This document shows positions 24,511 to 34,197 of a DNA stretch of 39,409 bases, piece by piece (the first letter of the stretch is position 1; each line of letters starts with the position of its first letter). The DNA is from Priapulus caudatus (Eukaryota): assembly GCF_000485595.1 (NCBI RefSeq), contig NW_014577062.1:577512-616920 (forward strand), given 5' to 3'. The position numbers were made by a program, and so were the translations under genes. Below the pieces are notes generated by a model, which was not told the origin of the DNA, did not search any database, and saw nothing but the letters and a program-made list of their open reading frames with translations.

Positions 24511-25498
24511 TACGTGCGTACGTGCGTGCGTGTGTGTGTATGTGTGCGTGTGTGCGTGTGTGCGTGTGTGCGTGTATGCGTGTGCGCGATGCGTGAACGA
24601 AATAGTTCTTGATCACTGTTTACGTTCGATTGTTTGAATAACATATAACGTCAGCAGACGTTAATCTTTTATGCTCACCTGGGCACTTCAGTAGAAGTTG
24701 GTCAAGTGAGTTCAAGGGTGATATCAAGGTTAAATGTCCACACTCCATACTTGCCTCTTTTCTCACACGTCTCCGCTGATTCCCGGTGCAGGTAAGAAGA
24801 AAGACGAAGAAGCGCTGACACACACATCGCCCGAGCATAGGAGCAGAAGTCGCAGCCGCCGCGTGCCGCTGCACGGCCATGCCCAGCCGTTCGCGTCGCC
24901 GGCGCCGTCGCCGACGCCGCAGCTACGCTACCGGACGACGTCGCTCGAGCTGCGCTCACGCAGTCCCAGTCCCGTGCTGACGCCGCTGTCGAACGAGTAC
25001 TACGGCACGACGCAGCTCGACCTGCGCTCCCGCAGTCCCAGCCCCGCCGCACCGCCGCCACGGGCGCGCTCCATGGGCCGCCGCCTGCCCGCCACCCCTA
25101 GCAAGCCTTCCACGCTCAATCTGCAGATCAAACACGGAGAACTGCCGTTGAAGTTGCCCACCGTCGCTCAGTCGCCTACCGTGCCTGCACCAACCAAATC
25201 ACCCGGCAGCATCAACTTCCCGAAGCTGGAGGCGTCGCCGACGCACGCGGCCAAGCGCGCGATGCCGCCACAGGCCCACGGCATGTCGCCCTCTTCGCGC
25301 ATGCGCGTACGCGACGCCGCAGCGAAGCCTCAGAGCGGAGCTGGTCACCGCCACGCGCGAGATAACGCGCACGGCGACAAGCGACCCAACGGCATGAAAC
25401 CGGGGACGGTGAGCAGGGGTGAGCGTGGGGGGCGCCGGTCGCCCCGCCGCAGTCCACCGCGGCACAGTGACTCTGACGACGACGACGAATGGTGCTGA
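1440..25498 (+). CDS. cac: Voltage-gated calcium channel alpha-1 subunit, Cav2 family (cacophony/unc-2; co-ortholog of CACNA1A/B/E). 3' part of a multi-exon gene whose 5' exons lie upstream of the window
   Basis: Phase-compatible GT-AG exons splice to ...[24 protein letters not shown]...|[66 protein letters not shown]...[11 protein letters not shown]...|[31 protein letters not shown]...|...[15 protein letters not shown]...RRLPATP...DDDDEWC*. The sequence and intron positions match Cav2 channels, and the DEWC C-terminus is Cav2-diagnostic. Confidence 0.97.
2702..2818 (+). CDS. cac: Cav2 exon: IVS1-S2 loop + IVS2, variant A2 ([39 protein letters not shown])
   Basis: Pyrimidine-rich tract + AAACAG acceptor, AAG|GTTAGA donor, same 117-nt length and phase as A1, same S2 motif, no stops. 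Confidence 0.88.
2842..3075. mobile_element. MITE-like element with 16-bp perfect inverted termini CAGGAGGTCTGAAAGG
   Basis: 2841-2857 is the exact reverse complement of 3060-3076. Flanks tatctgga/tttctaaa may be a decayed 8-bp TSD (5/8 match). CAGGAG terminus is shared with the elements at 8824 and 10423. Confidence 0.55.
3543..3685. repeat. Compound (CA)n/(TA)n microsatellite
   Basis: Directly visible. Confidence 0.95.
5049..5462. mobile_element. MITE-like element with 16-bp terminal inverted repeats
   Basis: GCGTCTCCTGTGAAAG (5049-5064) / CTTTCACAGGAGACGC (5447-5462). No clear TSD. Confidence 0.55.
5891..5989 (+). CDS. cac: Cav2 exon: IVS3, variant B1 ([33 protein letters not shown])
   Basis: TAG acceptor after a T-rich tract, AAG|GTAAAC donor, 99 nt, phase 0/0, NYFxDxWNxFDF S3 motif. 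Confidence 0.9.
6380..6463 (+). CDS. cac: Cav2 exon: IVS3, variant B2 ([28 protein letters not shown])
   Basis: TTTCTAG acceptor, CAG|GTAGTG donor, 84 nt, phase 0/0, canonical S3 motif. Confidence 0.92.
7775..7890. repeat. Compound (TA)n/(GT)n/(GTGC)n microsatellite
   Basis: Directly visible. Confidence 0.95.
8824..8863. mobile_element. 40-bp perfectly palindromic micro-MITE with 8-bp TSD
   Basis: CAGGAGTAGATAATAGGGAATTCCCTATTATCTACTCCTG, flanked by ATATACAT at 8816-8823 and 8864-8871. Confidence 0.8.
8877..8930. mobile_element. 54-bp micro-MITE with 15-bp TIR and 7-bp TSD
   Basis: CAAGAGCTAATAATA ... TATTATTAGCTCTTG, flanked by ATGTATA at 8870-8876 and 8931-8937. Confidence 0.8.
9086..9202 (+). 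CDS. cac: Cav2 exon: IVS4 voltage sensor and S4-S5 linker
   Basis: [48 protein letters not shown] boundaries, 117 nt. Confidence 0.97.
9388..9464. mobile_element. Short decayed inverted-repeat element (possibly a PIF/Harbinger-type MITE remnant)
   Basis: CTGGGGCCCGTTTTCA ... TGACAACGGACCCCTAG imperfect TIRs. A related single end lies at ~22781-22805. Confidence 0.4.
9664..9729 (+). CDS. cac: Cav2 exon: IVS5
   Basis: [31 protein letters not shown] boundaries, 66 nt. Confidence 0.96.
10199..10290 (+). CDS. cac: Cav2 exon: domain IV turret and pore helix
   Basis: [30 protein letters not shown](R), TAG/GTATGC boundaries, phase 0/2. Confidence 0.95.
10423..10577. mobile_element. AT-rich MITE with CAGGAGT termini and 7-bp TSD
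   Basis: CAGGAGTTTATAATAATA ... TATTATTATTCACTCCTG, flanked by ATATTAC at 10416-10422 and 10578-10584. Confidence 0.75.
10904..11054 (+). CDS. cac: Cav2 exon: domain IV selectivity filter (TGENW) and start of IVS6
   Basis: (R)[59 protein letters not shown] boundaries, phase 2/0, filter glutamate intact. Confidence 0.96.
11289..11416 (+). CDS. cac: Cav2 exon: end of IVS6 and start of EF-hand
   Basis: [42 protein letters not shown](K), CAG acceptor, GTTTGT donor, phase 0/2. Confidence 0.96.
11802..11898 (+). CDS. cac: Cav2 exon: EF-hand F helix (equivalent of vertebrate exon 37)
   Basis: (K)[32 protein letters not shown], 97 nt, CAG/GTAAGC boundaries. Confidence 0.96.
12481..12586 (+). CDS. 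cac: Cav2 exon: pre-IQ region
   Basis: [44 protein letters not shown] boundaries, phase 0/1. Confidence 0.96.
12923..13033 (+). CDS. cac: Cav2 exon: pre-IQ helix
   Basis: (A)[45 protein letters not shown] boundaries, phase 1/1. Confidence 0.94.
13084..14060. repeat. Long degenerate (TA)n then (GT)n/(GTGC)n low-complexity tract
   Basis: Directly visible. It produces the many Cys/Val- and His/Thr-rich ORFs, and its irregularity may partly reflect low sequence quality. Confidence 0.9.
14229..14326 (+). CDS. cac: Cav2 exon: IQ-like calmodulin-binding domain
   Basis: (E)[41 protein letters not shown] boundaries, phase 1/0. Confidence 0.95.
14954..14968 (+). CDS. cac: Putative 15-nt Cav2 microexon M1 (ESPHE)
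   Basis: ...tgtgtacccacag|GAAAGCCCACATGAG|gtcagta. Frame-preserving in a phase-0 intron and resembles M2. Confidence 0.6.
16815..16852. repeat. 38-bp hairpin (13-bp stem), probable micro-MITE
   Basis: CATGGAGGCACTA ... TAGTGCCTCCATG. No clean TSD. Confidence 0.5.
17856..17870 (+). CDS. cac: Putative 15-nt Cav2 microexon M2 (EKTPE)
   Basis: CTAAC branch-point-like motif (17819-17823), tttattttgcatttctcgtctgtag|GAAAAAACTCCAGAG|gtcagta. Frame-preserving. Confidence 0.65.
19283..19422 (+). CDS. cac: Cav2 distal C-terminus exon ([32 protein letters not shown]...GSNL)
   Basis: TTTGCAG acceptor and GC-rich coding composition. The weak AG|GTGGCT donor gives phase 2, matching the next exon. Confidence 0.8.
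20142..20265 (+). CDS. cac: Cav2 distal C-terminus exon ((S)[41 protein letters not shown])
   Basis: CAG/GTAGGC boundaries, phase 2/0, coding-like composition. Confidence 0.82.
20829..20905. repeat. (TA)n/(GT)n microsatellite
   Basis: Directly visible. Confidence 0.95.
21384..21486. repeat. 42-bp tandem duplication (~2.4 copies)
   Basis: GCTCCTCACTCACACCAGAGCCTACGAATCACTGATTTATAT starts at 21384 and 21426, with a partial copy at 21468. Confidence 0.95.
21513..21641 (+). CDS. cac: Cav2 distal C-terminus exon ([43 protein letters not shown])
   Basis: TAG/GTAAGT boundaries, 129 nt, phase 0/0. RATSMPKL resembles the RAASMPRL motif of vertebrate Cav2.1/2.2. Confidence 0.8.
22403..22577 (+). CDS. 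cac: Cav2 distal C-terminus exon ([57 protein letters not shown][TG])
   Basis: TTTCAG acceptor. Two in-frame phase-1 donors after 22571 and 22577. Confidence 0.82.
23492..23746. repeat. (GT)n/(GTGC)n microsatellite
   Basis: Directly visible. Confidence 0.95.
23785..23916 (+). CDS. cac: Cav2 distal C-terminus exon ((G)[43 protein letters not shown])
   Basis: TTACAG/GTAAAT boundaries, 132 nt, phase 1/1. Confidence 0.82.
24288..24586. repeat. (CA/GCAC)n, (GA)n and (GTGC/GT)n compound microsatellite
   Basis: Directly visible. Confidence 0.9.
24792..25498 (+). CDS. cac: Cav2 terminal coding exon with RSRSPSP repeats, RIM-BP-type SH3 ligand (RRLPATP) and RIM/Mint-type PDZ ligand (DDDDEWC*)
   Basis: TGCAG acceptor, phase 1. 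ORF 24734..25498 ends [14 protein letters not shown] and contains [14 protein letters not shown] and [13 protein letters not shown], typical of protostome Cav2. Confidence 0.94.
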
Positions 25499-25639
25499 CG
25501 CTTACGGGCCTAGCTGGTGGCGTTACCAACATTCCACTGGTGCCTACATGCTCAGCTTAAGGAGTTATAATTATCAGCATCATGCCAACGGTCCTAGCCG
25601 GTGCATTGTTATCATGATGTCCGATGCCTTTAATACACG

Positions 25640-26110
25640 GAATTATCAGCATGACCAAAAGGTGCTAGCTGCTGAAATTACACACTTGATGCCCAGAAGT
25701 CTGACTGATGGGATTCTCAATACTGCATCTAGTATAGAAGCCGTGTATGGAAAGTTATCAAAAGGATGTCTAAGCGACCTAACTGGTGGTATTATAAACC
25801 TGGTTGCTAGTGGCATAGCTGATTGGGGTACTAACGGTATGTCTAGGAATCTGGCTGGTATTGTTATCAACATTATGTCTAGAGATCTAGTTGATGGTGT
25901 TATGAACATGATGTCTATTGGTCTTGTTGCTGGTGTTATCAACATGATGTCTATTGGTCTTGTTGCTTGCGTTATCAACACACTGTCTAGCGGCTTACTT
26001 GATGGGGTTAGCGACATCGTTTTTTGTTTCCACATCCTGGCCGCTTCAGTTATGAAATCGGTAAATAACCTGCTGCATTACAATACTCAGTTATTAAACA
26101 TGGCGTCTAC
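25640..26110 (+). repeat. Degenerate 36-bp minisatellite at the start of the Cav2 3' UTR
   Basis: Best-preserved unit GTTATCAACATGATGTCTATTGGTCTTGTTGCTGGT around 25863-26010, decaying on both sides. Confidence 0.75.
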
Positions 26111-28001
26111 TAGTCTAGCTTCACGCGTGAGGATGCTGCTGCATGTTGGTTATCGTTCAACCAGCATTGCTCGCCAGTTTTAGCAATCCTAATTTTTTCA
26201 AGTTTCCAATTAGAATGTTGTTGCTGCCGCTCGTCGATTGTCGATAGCACGTGGTAAACATCGTTGTCGTAAAGGCAGAAACCAGTATGGCTGTCATCGA
26301 ATATGTCTATGGGAAGCTAGTATTTCAAACTCGCGTGACTAAAGTTGCAGGTAGTCGTGACAGCGATGGCAGCGGCGCCACTGTCGTTTTGATGGCGATC
26401 ATAGTCATTGCGGAATTAGGGTAGACCGTTGCCATTCTGGCCGCCTACTCCTCGTCGATTTCAGAGTAATCTTTTGTAAAATAAGTTCACTAACATAATG
26501 AGCACACGATTTTACACGCTTGCGAATGTGACGCTTATGTCTACGTGGTCATTCGCATGGATTAAAAAATTACACGCTGGGAGTAAATGCAGAAAACTAT
26601 AATAGCCCGCATTGTCAGTTATCAGTGATACTCTGCTGCCGAGACTAGCGGGTTGCCTTGCGTTGGCTTTTGGTACAGGCCCGCATCGCATGGTGCCTGC
26701 TGCTGGTCGCCTCGATATTTATGAACTGGCACGTGCACGAGAAGCCTACTGTATGGTACACGATAAACCAAAGAGGGATACACACTTAGGCACACCACGA
26801 CGAAATACTGGTGATAACGCTACCCGCCTGCCGTGCCAATATACCAAACCAACGCTGGAAGTTAAGCGTGTTCGAGTCGGTTCCTTCAAACCTTGAGATG
26901 AGGAGGGTAATTAGCTAGTCGGCATAAGACTTGCCGAGTTCATCGACAGCTGGTCCCTTGGTAAATCTATAAACGAACGATACGCGGGCATTGATGTTTA
27001 TCATTTTATGTTAGCCATGCTGCCTACGTATGAGGATCTGGCAATCTGTTAAAATTGGTGGGTGATAAAACTCAATATACAATATTTTGCTTACTGAACC
27101 CGGTATGATGAATGCCCCGGTTTCCCAACAAGCGAACCGGAGACCGACATTGGTGGCTTTCTCAGCATAATCTTGACCGATATGTTATGGATTTTATATT
27201 GTAGAACATCATTTTCTCGGGGTTTTGGCTCTAACTGTGATACGCAGGGTGAATTATAGCTAACCTTTGTGTCACTGTTGAGACCAGACTTGCCTGCTCT
27301 TTGGCTGACGGAAGCGACTCGAAAATAATATAGACTTGAAAATGCCACGAAACCTTTAGCATGAAATTCAATCAGGTTTTTAATGAGCTAGACACAATCG
27401 CCTATTACAAGCACATGACAGGGTATTTCCAACAACGGTACTCGCCAATATATAGAGGCATGATCAAAACATGTTTGTAAGAGTTTCAACCTCTGCCTTT
27501 GGTGAACAGCTACGGCCCATAATGAGCTCACTCTGCGTGCAGCGTGTATGGTTACGGCCGTAAAACGATGAATTAAGACTTTTAGCAGACGCATGTACGA
27601 TATAAATTATTAGTCTCCTTCATATTATTGCAGACGCTTTTCAAGAAAATGCCTTGAACGGCGTGTTCCATACGAGGGTTTCCTATCGCAAAACAGAGTA
27701 AAATCAAATTAGCAATACATGCATGTTCTCATTAATGATAACTAGTGTCATAAAAGATCAAGAATAAAAAATCATTTCCTCTCTCCTACGTTATGTCCTT
27801 TCCTTCTAGTAAGTAATTGAGTCAAATTCTGTAGGCCAAAGAAAGGAAACTCTGGCCTATGTGTGTACCCACGTGATGGGAATTTGCTTATTTTTCATAC
27901 TGTGGTTTTATATTTTAATACTATGTGTTGTATTGTGCCGTGAAGATGTGTAATGCATGCTCTTCTCAAATATTCTTGTTATTTCAATAGAGTTTGTGAT
28001 G

Positions 28002-28006
<5 letters not shown>

Positions 28007-28061
<55 letters not shown>

Positions 28062-28137
28062 GTAGTATAGTACGTACGTTAGTTTAGTTCGTTTAGTTGT
28101 CGTCGTCGTACTACGTTACTACTTAGTNNNNNNNNNN

Positions 28138-28172
<35 letters not shown>

Positions 28173-28281
28173 GTAGTATAGTACGTACGTTAGTGTTGTT
28201 ATTAGTTGTCGTCGTAGAGTAGTGTATAGTAAATATCTCTTCTCTAACTAATTACTTATTAGTTACTTTGTAGTTAGTTAG

Positions 28282-28328
<47 letters not shown>
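28007..28328. repeat. (TA)n tracts around a 10-N assembly gap (28128-28137)
   Basis: Ns visible, and near-identical sequence follows the (TA)n on both sides of the gap. Confidence 0.9.
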
Positions 28329-28330
<2 letters not shown>

Positions 28331-30363
28331 TATATATTTAATCGGGATTCTGATGCCGATGTTATTGTTGCTGCCGTATCTACTGTATCTTGTATTTACA
28401 TATGCCAGGACTATCATCTGGTTATTAGGTACACAAATTTACTGGGCAGGTTCTAACCTCGATTAGTTTTTTTGGGAATAGGCGTAGAATTTCATTTGTA
28501 AGTGCGTTTGCATGCCCAGTTTCGTAGTCATCCCCAGGCCGTGTTGTCTCATGAACACCGGCTGTTTACATAAGGGCCTTTGCGTATGTTTTGTGTGTGT
28601 GTGCGTGTTGTTTTGTCGTCGTTGCTTGGTTGCTAGATTGGTTTAGCGAACAAACAGTGCGAGTCGCCAGAAAACATCATTTAGTACTTCACCTGATTGT
28701 CTAGTCTTTATACCACGTCACCAATTTCTATATCATTACGCGTAAAGTTGATTCTCGAATAGTGAGACTTTTTATATAGGTCGGCTCCGAGAGACATAGG
28801 TTCAGTCAACTGTCCGTAGTTATTCATGCTCCGGCGACGTCAGATCAAAGTATTTTTCACGGCGGTTTGATATACAATATCACAGACCAATTCCGACGCT
28901 GACTATTTCGCGCAACTAAACGGCCGGAACAAAAATTTACTTAGGCGTATTTTCTTAAACGGTCGGCCGTAGGCGTATTATTATGTGTCAGAATTTCCTT
29001 CAAGGCACGAAGTGTTCTGTATAGGGTTTGCTAGAAAGCGCCGAAGAGCTCACAGATAATTCAATAGTGTATATTATTAATGTCATTGCTCATTCATTTG
29101 GGTAAAAATAATTAGGTAACGCTGATACTTATCATTATTGCTCATTTCCATTTTATTTATGGAAACGTTGATGGCACACTGCATTTCCATTACTTTTACT
29201 CGTTTGGCTTAAGCCAAAAATCACCGTCATGTCCATGGAATTTTGCCTTTTGCTTTACTGTGATGCAAGCTCGTGTATATATTTCTTTGTACACACACAA
29301 ATATATATTCATGTATCTCATAGCTCATGGCACGCTTTTGTATGAATTATCATGAAGTTTAATGTATAGCAGGTTTATAAGTGCAATTGCTCTTACGCTT
29401 TGCTTGTTCCCCAAACGGCATATCTAGCCAGTAATTGTGACCATGGCCCACGGATCAAGCGGCTGCGGTTAAGGCTATACCCGTGTAAATTTTCTACGTT
29501 CTATATCATGGTTAACAGGAGCACCTGCATCTTATATACTTATTGCTAGTCTACGTATCGATGCCATAACAGCACTATAGTATTGGAGCACGAATCACCC
29601 GATTGCGTCGGTTTAAGCACGGCTTTACTGCGGATATCTTATGCGACACCCAATAGGCTGACATATACATTTTCTAATCACAGAGATTATATTATGTATT
29701 GCTACCTGTTCTATGTTTCCTTTCACGAGATAGTCACTCCTGAAAGCATGTATAGGCGTCGAGTGCGGGATGTTACTATGGCTAATCACACGTCACGTCG
29801 ATTAGTGCAGCAATCCAGCGGCGCTTTAAACAATTCCGATGTCTTCAGCTTTTAGTACGGCTACGAATAACGTAATAATGATGATTTTATGAGTCTTATA
29901 CGGCAGACGTTAGGCGTTTAGATCAATGCTATCGCCCTCTATGCAAAAGTGCATACTTGTTGCGAGAGGGGCGGCATTATTAGAGTCAGTGGTGCAGATG
30001 TAGTGCGTAGTAGGTACTACCGGGCGTCTAAGCCCGGCTCCGACGGGTGGCCATATATAAATGCCAGGCTCGTACACAACCCCGCGGCGCTGCTACTGAT
30101 ACGTGCCGATGCTTTCGGTGACAATCTACTAGACGATAGATGTTACTGGTTGACTCTCGTGTCGTGCTTTCCGACCCCTGCTACTATGGTTACCGCAAAA
30201 CGAGCTTTGGCATTGGCGCTTTTCCGGAGGCCTTTTACAGAGTTTGCATGATGTGGAAAGCTGTCAACTGTATATAGTGTTTCATATTTTCACTGGCCTC
30301 AAATGCCCAGGTTTATTATCGATGTGAAATGACTCATCTTCTTGATTATTTTTGCCATTTTTG

Positions 30364-30369
30364 AATAAA
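30364..30369 (+). promoter_or_regulatory. Candidate polyadenylation signal of the Cav2 gene (would give a ~4.9-kb 3' UTR)
   Basis: AATAAA preceded by a T-rich tract and followed by GT/T-rich sequence at ~30400, just before the transposon. Another AATAAA lies at 27763-27768. Confidence 0.35.
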
Positions 30370-31092
30370 ATTGAAAAGTTTAAATTATTGAGAAACTACT
30401 GTTTCTATTATGTGATGACACACCTCATTCGATCGCAACTCAGCATATATAACTCAGTATATATATATAGCCCTGTCACACCTACCCGCGATCACGCTAG
30501 CGCTCCCACTGCGACCTGAAAAGTATGAAAGCGCGAGGAAAAGCGCAGTAAGGACCCTGAGAACGATTTGATGACGCAGTGAAAACTGTCAAGGGCGGAA
30601 GAGAGTCGCCATGCGCTACCTTGAGCGCCAAACCTCGGCGCTTGTTTTGAGCATGCTCAAAACAAGCGCAGCGGGTCGCGCTCTGATAGAGCGGTGTAAT
30701 GACGCAGTACAGTCGCCATAGCAGCGTAAAGCGAACTACATGAGCGTATCGTGGACGTAGCAACAACGCATAGAAGCGACTTGGGGTCGCAGAAATCGTC
30801 CCTTGCGACTGGTGTGCGACTGCTGTACGCTCATTGGACTCTCAAAAGGTGCCTCTCCCGTTCTTATTGCGCCGTTACTGCGCTTCCACTACGCTTTATG
30901 GGCTTGTTTTCGCTCATTCTACGTCCACTCTGCGCTGCCACTGAGACTATGACGCTCCTAATACGTCCAAGGCGTTGTTCCGACGTTTGCAATAGGTTCA
31001 CATGCGTTCTTATTACGATCCCTCATACACACATTTTTGTATAAATACAGCTTTATCTTCTATACACAATCAGTGTGCATTTGCTCTTCGCC

Positions 31093-31968
31093 ATGGCCGC
31101 AGACAGGCAGAATGTGCTAATTGTACTACGGTTAGCACATATGCAGGCACAAGATGACCAGGCCCTTGTCAACATCATGAGAAGGAGAAGAATGAGAAGG
31201 GGAAGAAGGGAGAGGAGATGCTGGGTTTGACCATGGTTAGACGTGGGGAGAAGAATTTAGTTTGGCCACTATCACTGCCTAATGGCCGAGCTACGACATG
31301 AAGATCCTGCATCCTTCTTTAACTTCATGAGAGTACAACCAGAATTGTTTGATGAGCTCCTAGCAAGACTTGGTCTAAGATACACCAAACAAGACACCAT
31401 GTATAAGAACGCTATGGAATCAGGGTTGAAGATTGCAATTACTATGCGCCACCTAGCATCCGGTGACAAGTACGGCAGTATGAAGTTTGACTTCAGAGTT
31501 CCTCATAACACCATGTTTGTCTGTAGTACGAGAAGTCTGCCAGGTCATCGTAGATGAGTACAAAGAGGAAGTCATCAGCTGTCCAATCTCCCCTAAAGAA
31601 GGGCGTGCCCTTGCTGAAATTTTTGCACGTAGATGGAACGTCCCTCATGCCTGTGGAGCCCTTGATGGAAAACATGTTGCCTGCAGAAAGCCAGCGAACA
31701 GTGGAAGCCTTTATCACAACTATAAAGTTGGAAAATAGATGTTGGAGGGCACGGACACATGTCAGATGCACAGATCTTCAATGATTCAGAGCTGAAGGAG
31801 TGCCTAGTAGATGGGACCATTGGTCTTCCTCCAGCAGACCACCTACTAAATGACGACAGGGACATGCCATATTTCTTCCTGGCTGATGATGAGTTTGGGA
31901 TGCGGACCAACCTGATGAAGCCCTACTTGATGCGCAAGATGACCAAAGAGCAGATGATCTACAACTAC
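31093..31968 (+). pseudogene. Harbinger (HARBI1-like, DDE_Tnp_4-type) transposase pseudogene
   Basis: FFNFMRVQPELFDELL, LKIAITMRHLASG, WNVPHACGALDGKHV, SLYHNYK, DVGGHGHMSDAQIF, PYFFLADDEF, LMKPY, IYNY motifs. Stops at 31228-31230 and 31258-31260, frameshifts near 31515 and 31730, truncated before the third catalytic residue. TATA-like GTATAAAT at ~31040. Confidence 0.93.
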
Positions 31969-33096
31969 GGAGCCTGCTGCTGCTGCTGGACCACGCCTGC
32001 ATGTTGGGCTGCGGCTGCCTAGTTGATGTTATTATCCATGTCCAGGTATCTGTACAGCTGAGAGTGGTCGACCTGGAAGCGGCGCCATAGAGAAGGATCC
32101 AGGTCCTTCATTACAGACTTTGTCCAGTCTGCATAAGTGGTTCGCTCGGTGACGCGGACCGGTGGCTTGAGCATTTCCAGCATCTTCTGCTGCAACTCCA
32201 GTAACTGCTGCCCCCTCTCCGTGATGCCCGCCAGCACGCGATCTTCCTCCGCAGTCGACTTTTTTGTTGATTTATTGGGGCGCACGTCCAAGATGATGGG
32301 TGCATCAGAAGTCCCCGCAGTGGACGGCTGGACCGACTGGACCTTCTCCCCATCATCATTCCCAGCATCCCCGGCCTCTTCAGTATCTCCCGTGTCTCCG
32401 AGAGCAGCAGCCGCCGCAGCTGCTTTAGTCTTGATCTGCAAAGACAAAAGAAAAGAAGAAAGTAAGTAAAAGGTAATTAAGTACAATTTCATATACATTT
32501 ATAGACAATATTTCACAATTTTACCATTTTTACGATTTTTACAATTTTACGATAACCTGAAAATGATATTTAATTGTTGACTTACACTGAACACTGTGCG
32601 ACGCTGTACTTCATAGATATGGGTCTTCAGGAAAGCAAACCGTGCCAACACCCACTGATCGCGCTCAGTCAGCTCCGTCGCTCCTTGACCAGACTTCTTC
32701 TTTAGAAGGCGGCCGTACCTCGTCCTGAGAAACCTGTACTAAATCGACAAGATCTCGCTGGTCTTCCCCATCTCTGCCGCCGTGTCATCCCACGGCTTAT
32801 CCTGCCTTTGCTTGTCTTTATAGCTGTTCAGCTTCTTGTTATACAGGCATTCATTTTCCTGTATCCACTCAGCCATGGCTTCCTCTTCTACCAGAGTGAG
32901 GTCCGTGGTCTTCTTGGCCTTCTTGGCTTTGGGAAGGAGGGCTAGGCTGGCATCTCTAGAGGATGATCCAGCTGCGCTACTCTCCTCTGGAGGATCTTCC
33001 TCATGGGAGTTGCCAGCAGGCTCAGATGGAACAGGACTGGACAACCGTGGACGATGGAGACGGCCTTCCTCGACCCCTGCCTCGTCTTTTTGGCAT
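31969..33096 (-). pseudogene. Harbinger accessory MADF/Myb-SANT-like DNA-binding protein pseudogene (2 exons; intron 32436-32585)
   Basis: MPKRRGRGRGRP start, then EEEAMAEWIQENECLYNKKLNSYKDKQRQDKPW...LRTRYGRL...ELTERDQWVLARFAFLKTHI (MADF-like). GTAAG...CAG intron on the minus strand, a frameshift near 33045 and internal stops. Confidence 0.85.
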
Positions 33097-33232
33097 GGTG
33101 CACACAGCAGCTGAACGTAGACTGATCCTGAAGGTCGCAGGAGACTCTATATATACACGCCGCACACGCGCAGGGATCGAGTTGCAAACGTATTGAGAGC
33201 GTAGTAAGAGCGCAGCGAAAGCTACTTGGACA

Positions 33233-33496
33233 CACTGAGAGCGCACAGAGCGCAGTGGGAGCGCACTGAGAGCGCACTGCGCGCAATGGGAGCGCATTGA
33301 GAGCGCACAGAGCGCAGTGGGAGCGCACTGAGAGCGCACTGAGCGCAGTGGGAGCGCATTGAGAGCGCACAGAGCGCAGTGGGAGCGCACTGAGAGCGCA
33401 CTGAGCGCAGTGGGAGCGCACTGAGAGCGCACAGAGCGCAGTGGGAGCGCATTGAGAGCGCACCGAGCGCAGTGGGAGCGCATTAAGAGCGCACTG
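33233..33496. repeat. 31-bp tandem repeat (~8.5 copies) in the Harbinger subterminal region
   Basis: Unit GAGAGCGCACAGAGCGCAGTGGGAGCGCACT, itself built from three GAGCGCA cores. Confidence 0.95.
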
Positions 33497-34197
33497 AAAA
33501 TCAAACTGGGAACGCATAGGGTCGTAGTGAGAGCGTAATAAGCGAGTCAATGGCGTACTGTAAGCTACTGTTAAGCTACCTGGTGTCACGGATATCACAA
33601 TATTCGGCGATATCACTGCGCTTTGGTAAACATTTTCCGGGAGCGCAAAGCGGTCGCCGGCTGACGAGCTCTCGAGCCGGCGACGGCTATCGAGGTACCC
33701 ACCCTGTAGGTGGGACAGGGGTAGTATCGAATTCAAGACCGTTGGTTTCTTAAACGTTTTATCCCAAATACGACACTAGGAATGCGGATGTGGGTACGCG
33801 GTTCATATCGAACATCGTGTTCCAATGTAAATGCGCTCGCATACTAGACGACATATTTCCGTGTACAAGAATGCCCTACTAATGGAATATGATACAGGTC
33901 TCTCTAAACAGTAAACGTTTGGACCTTCGGTAAAAAAAAAATTAATACATTTAGCGGTAATCATTTCCATTAGTCTCTTTAAATATATTCCAAAATTTTA
34001 TCAAGTAGACATTCGTGCAGCATCCGTACTGGTGTATTAATTATAGTGAATTTGTCATAAGCATAAAATGGCGTCGGAGGAAAAAACAAGTGCTATCATG
34101 TTCACATTAATTTTTAGAAAGGAAATCCAGACAGCACATAATATTGGGCCAATATTGGTATGATCCGAATAGCCGACACAGCCAATATCGGGCCACG

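Larger units (their letters stand above)
30468..33723. mobile_element. PIF/Harbinger DNA transposon, decayed and internally deleted
   Basis: TIRs TAGCCCTGTCACACCTAC (30468-30485) / GTAGGTGGGACAGGGGTA (33706-33723), 16/18 match. Encloses a convergent transposase gene and MADF/Myb-like gene. Confidence 0.92.

Noticed and set aside
28057..28230. Apparent duplication around the N gap
   Set aside because: Most likely overlapping low-quality contig ends after a (TA)n run, i.e. an assembly artefact.
33233..33496. CRISPR-like regular ~31-bp repeats
   Set aside because: Head-to-tail tandem units with no unique spacers, no cas genes and a eukaryotic transposon context.
32942..33736. 264-aa and 160-aa minus-strand ORFs with periodic Cys/Ala/Leu
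   Set aside because: Produced by the 31-bp tandem repeat. The recognisable gene starts at 33096.
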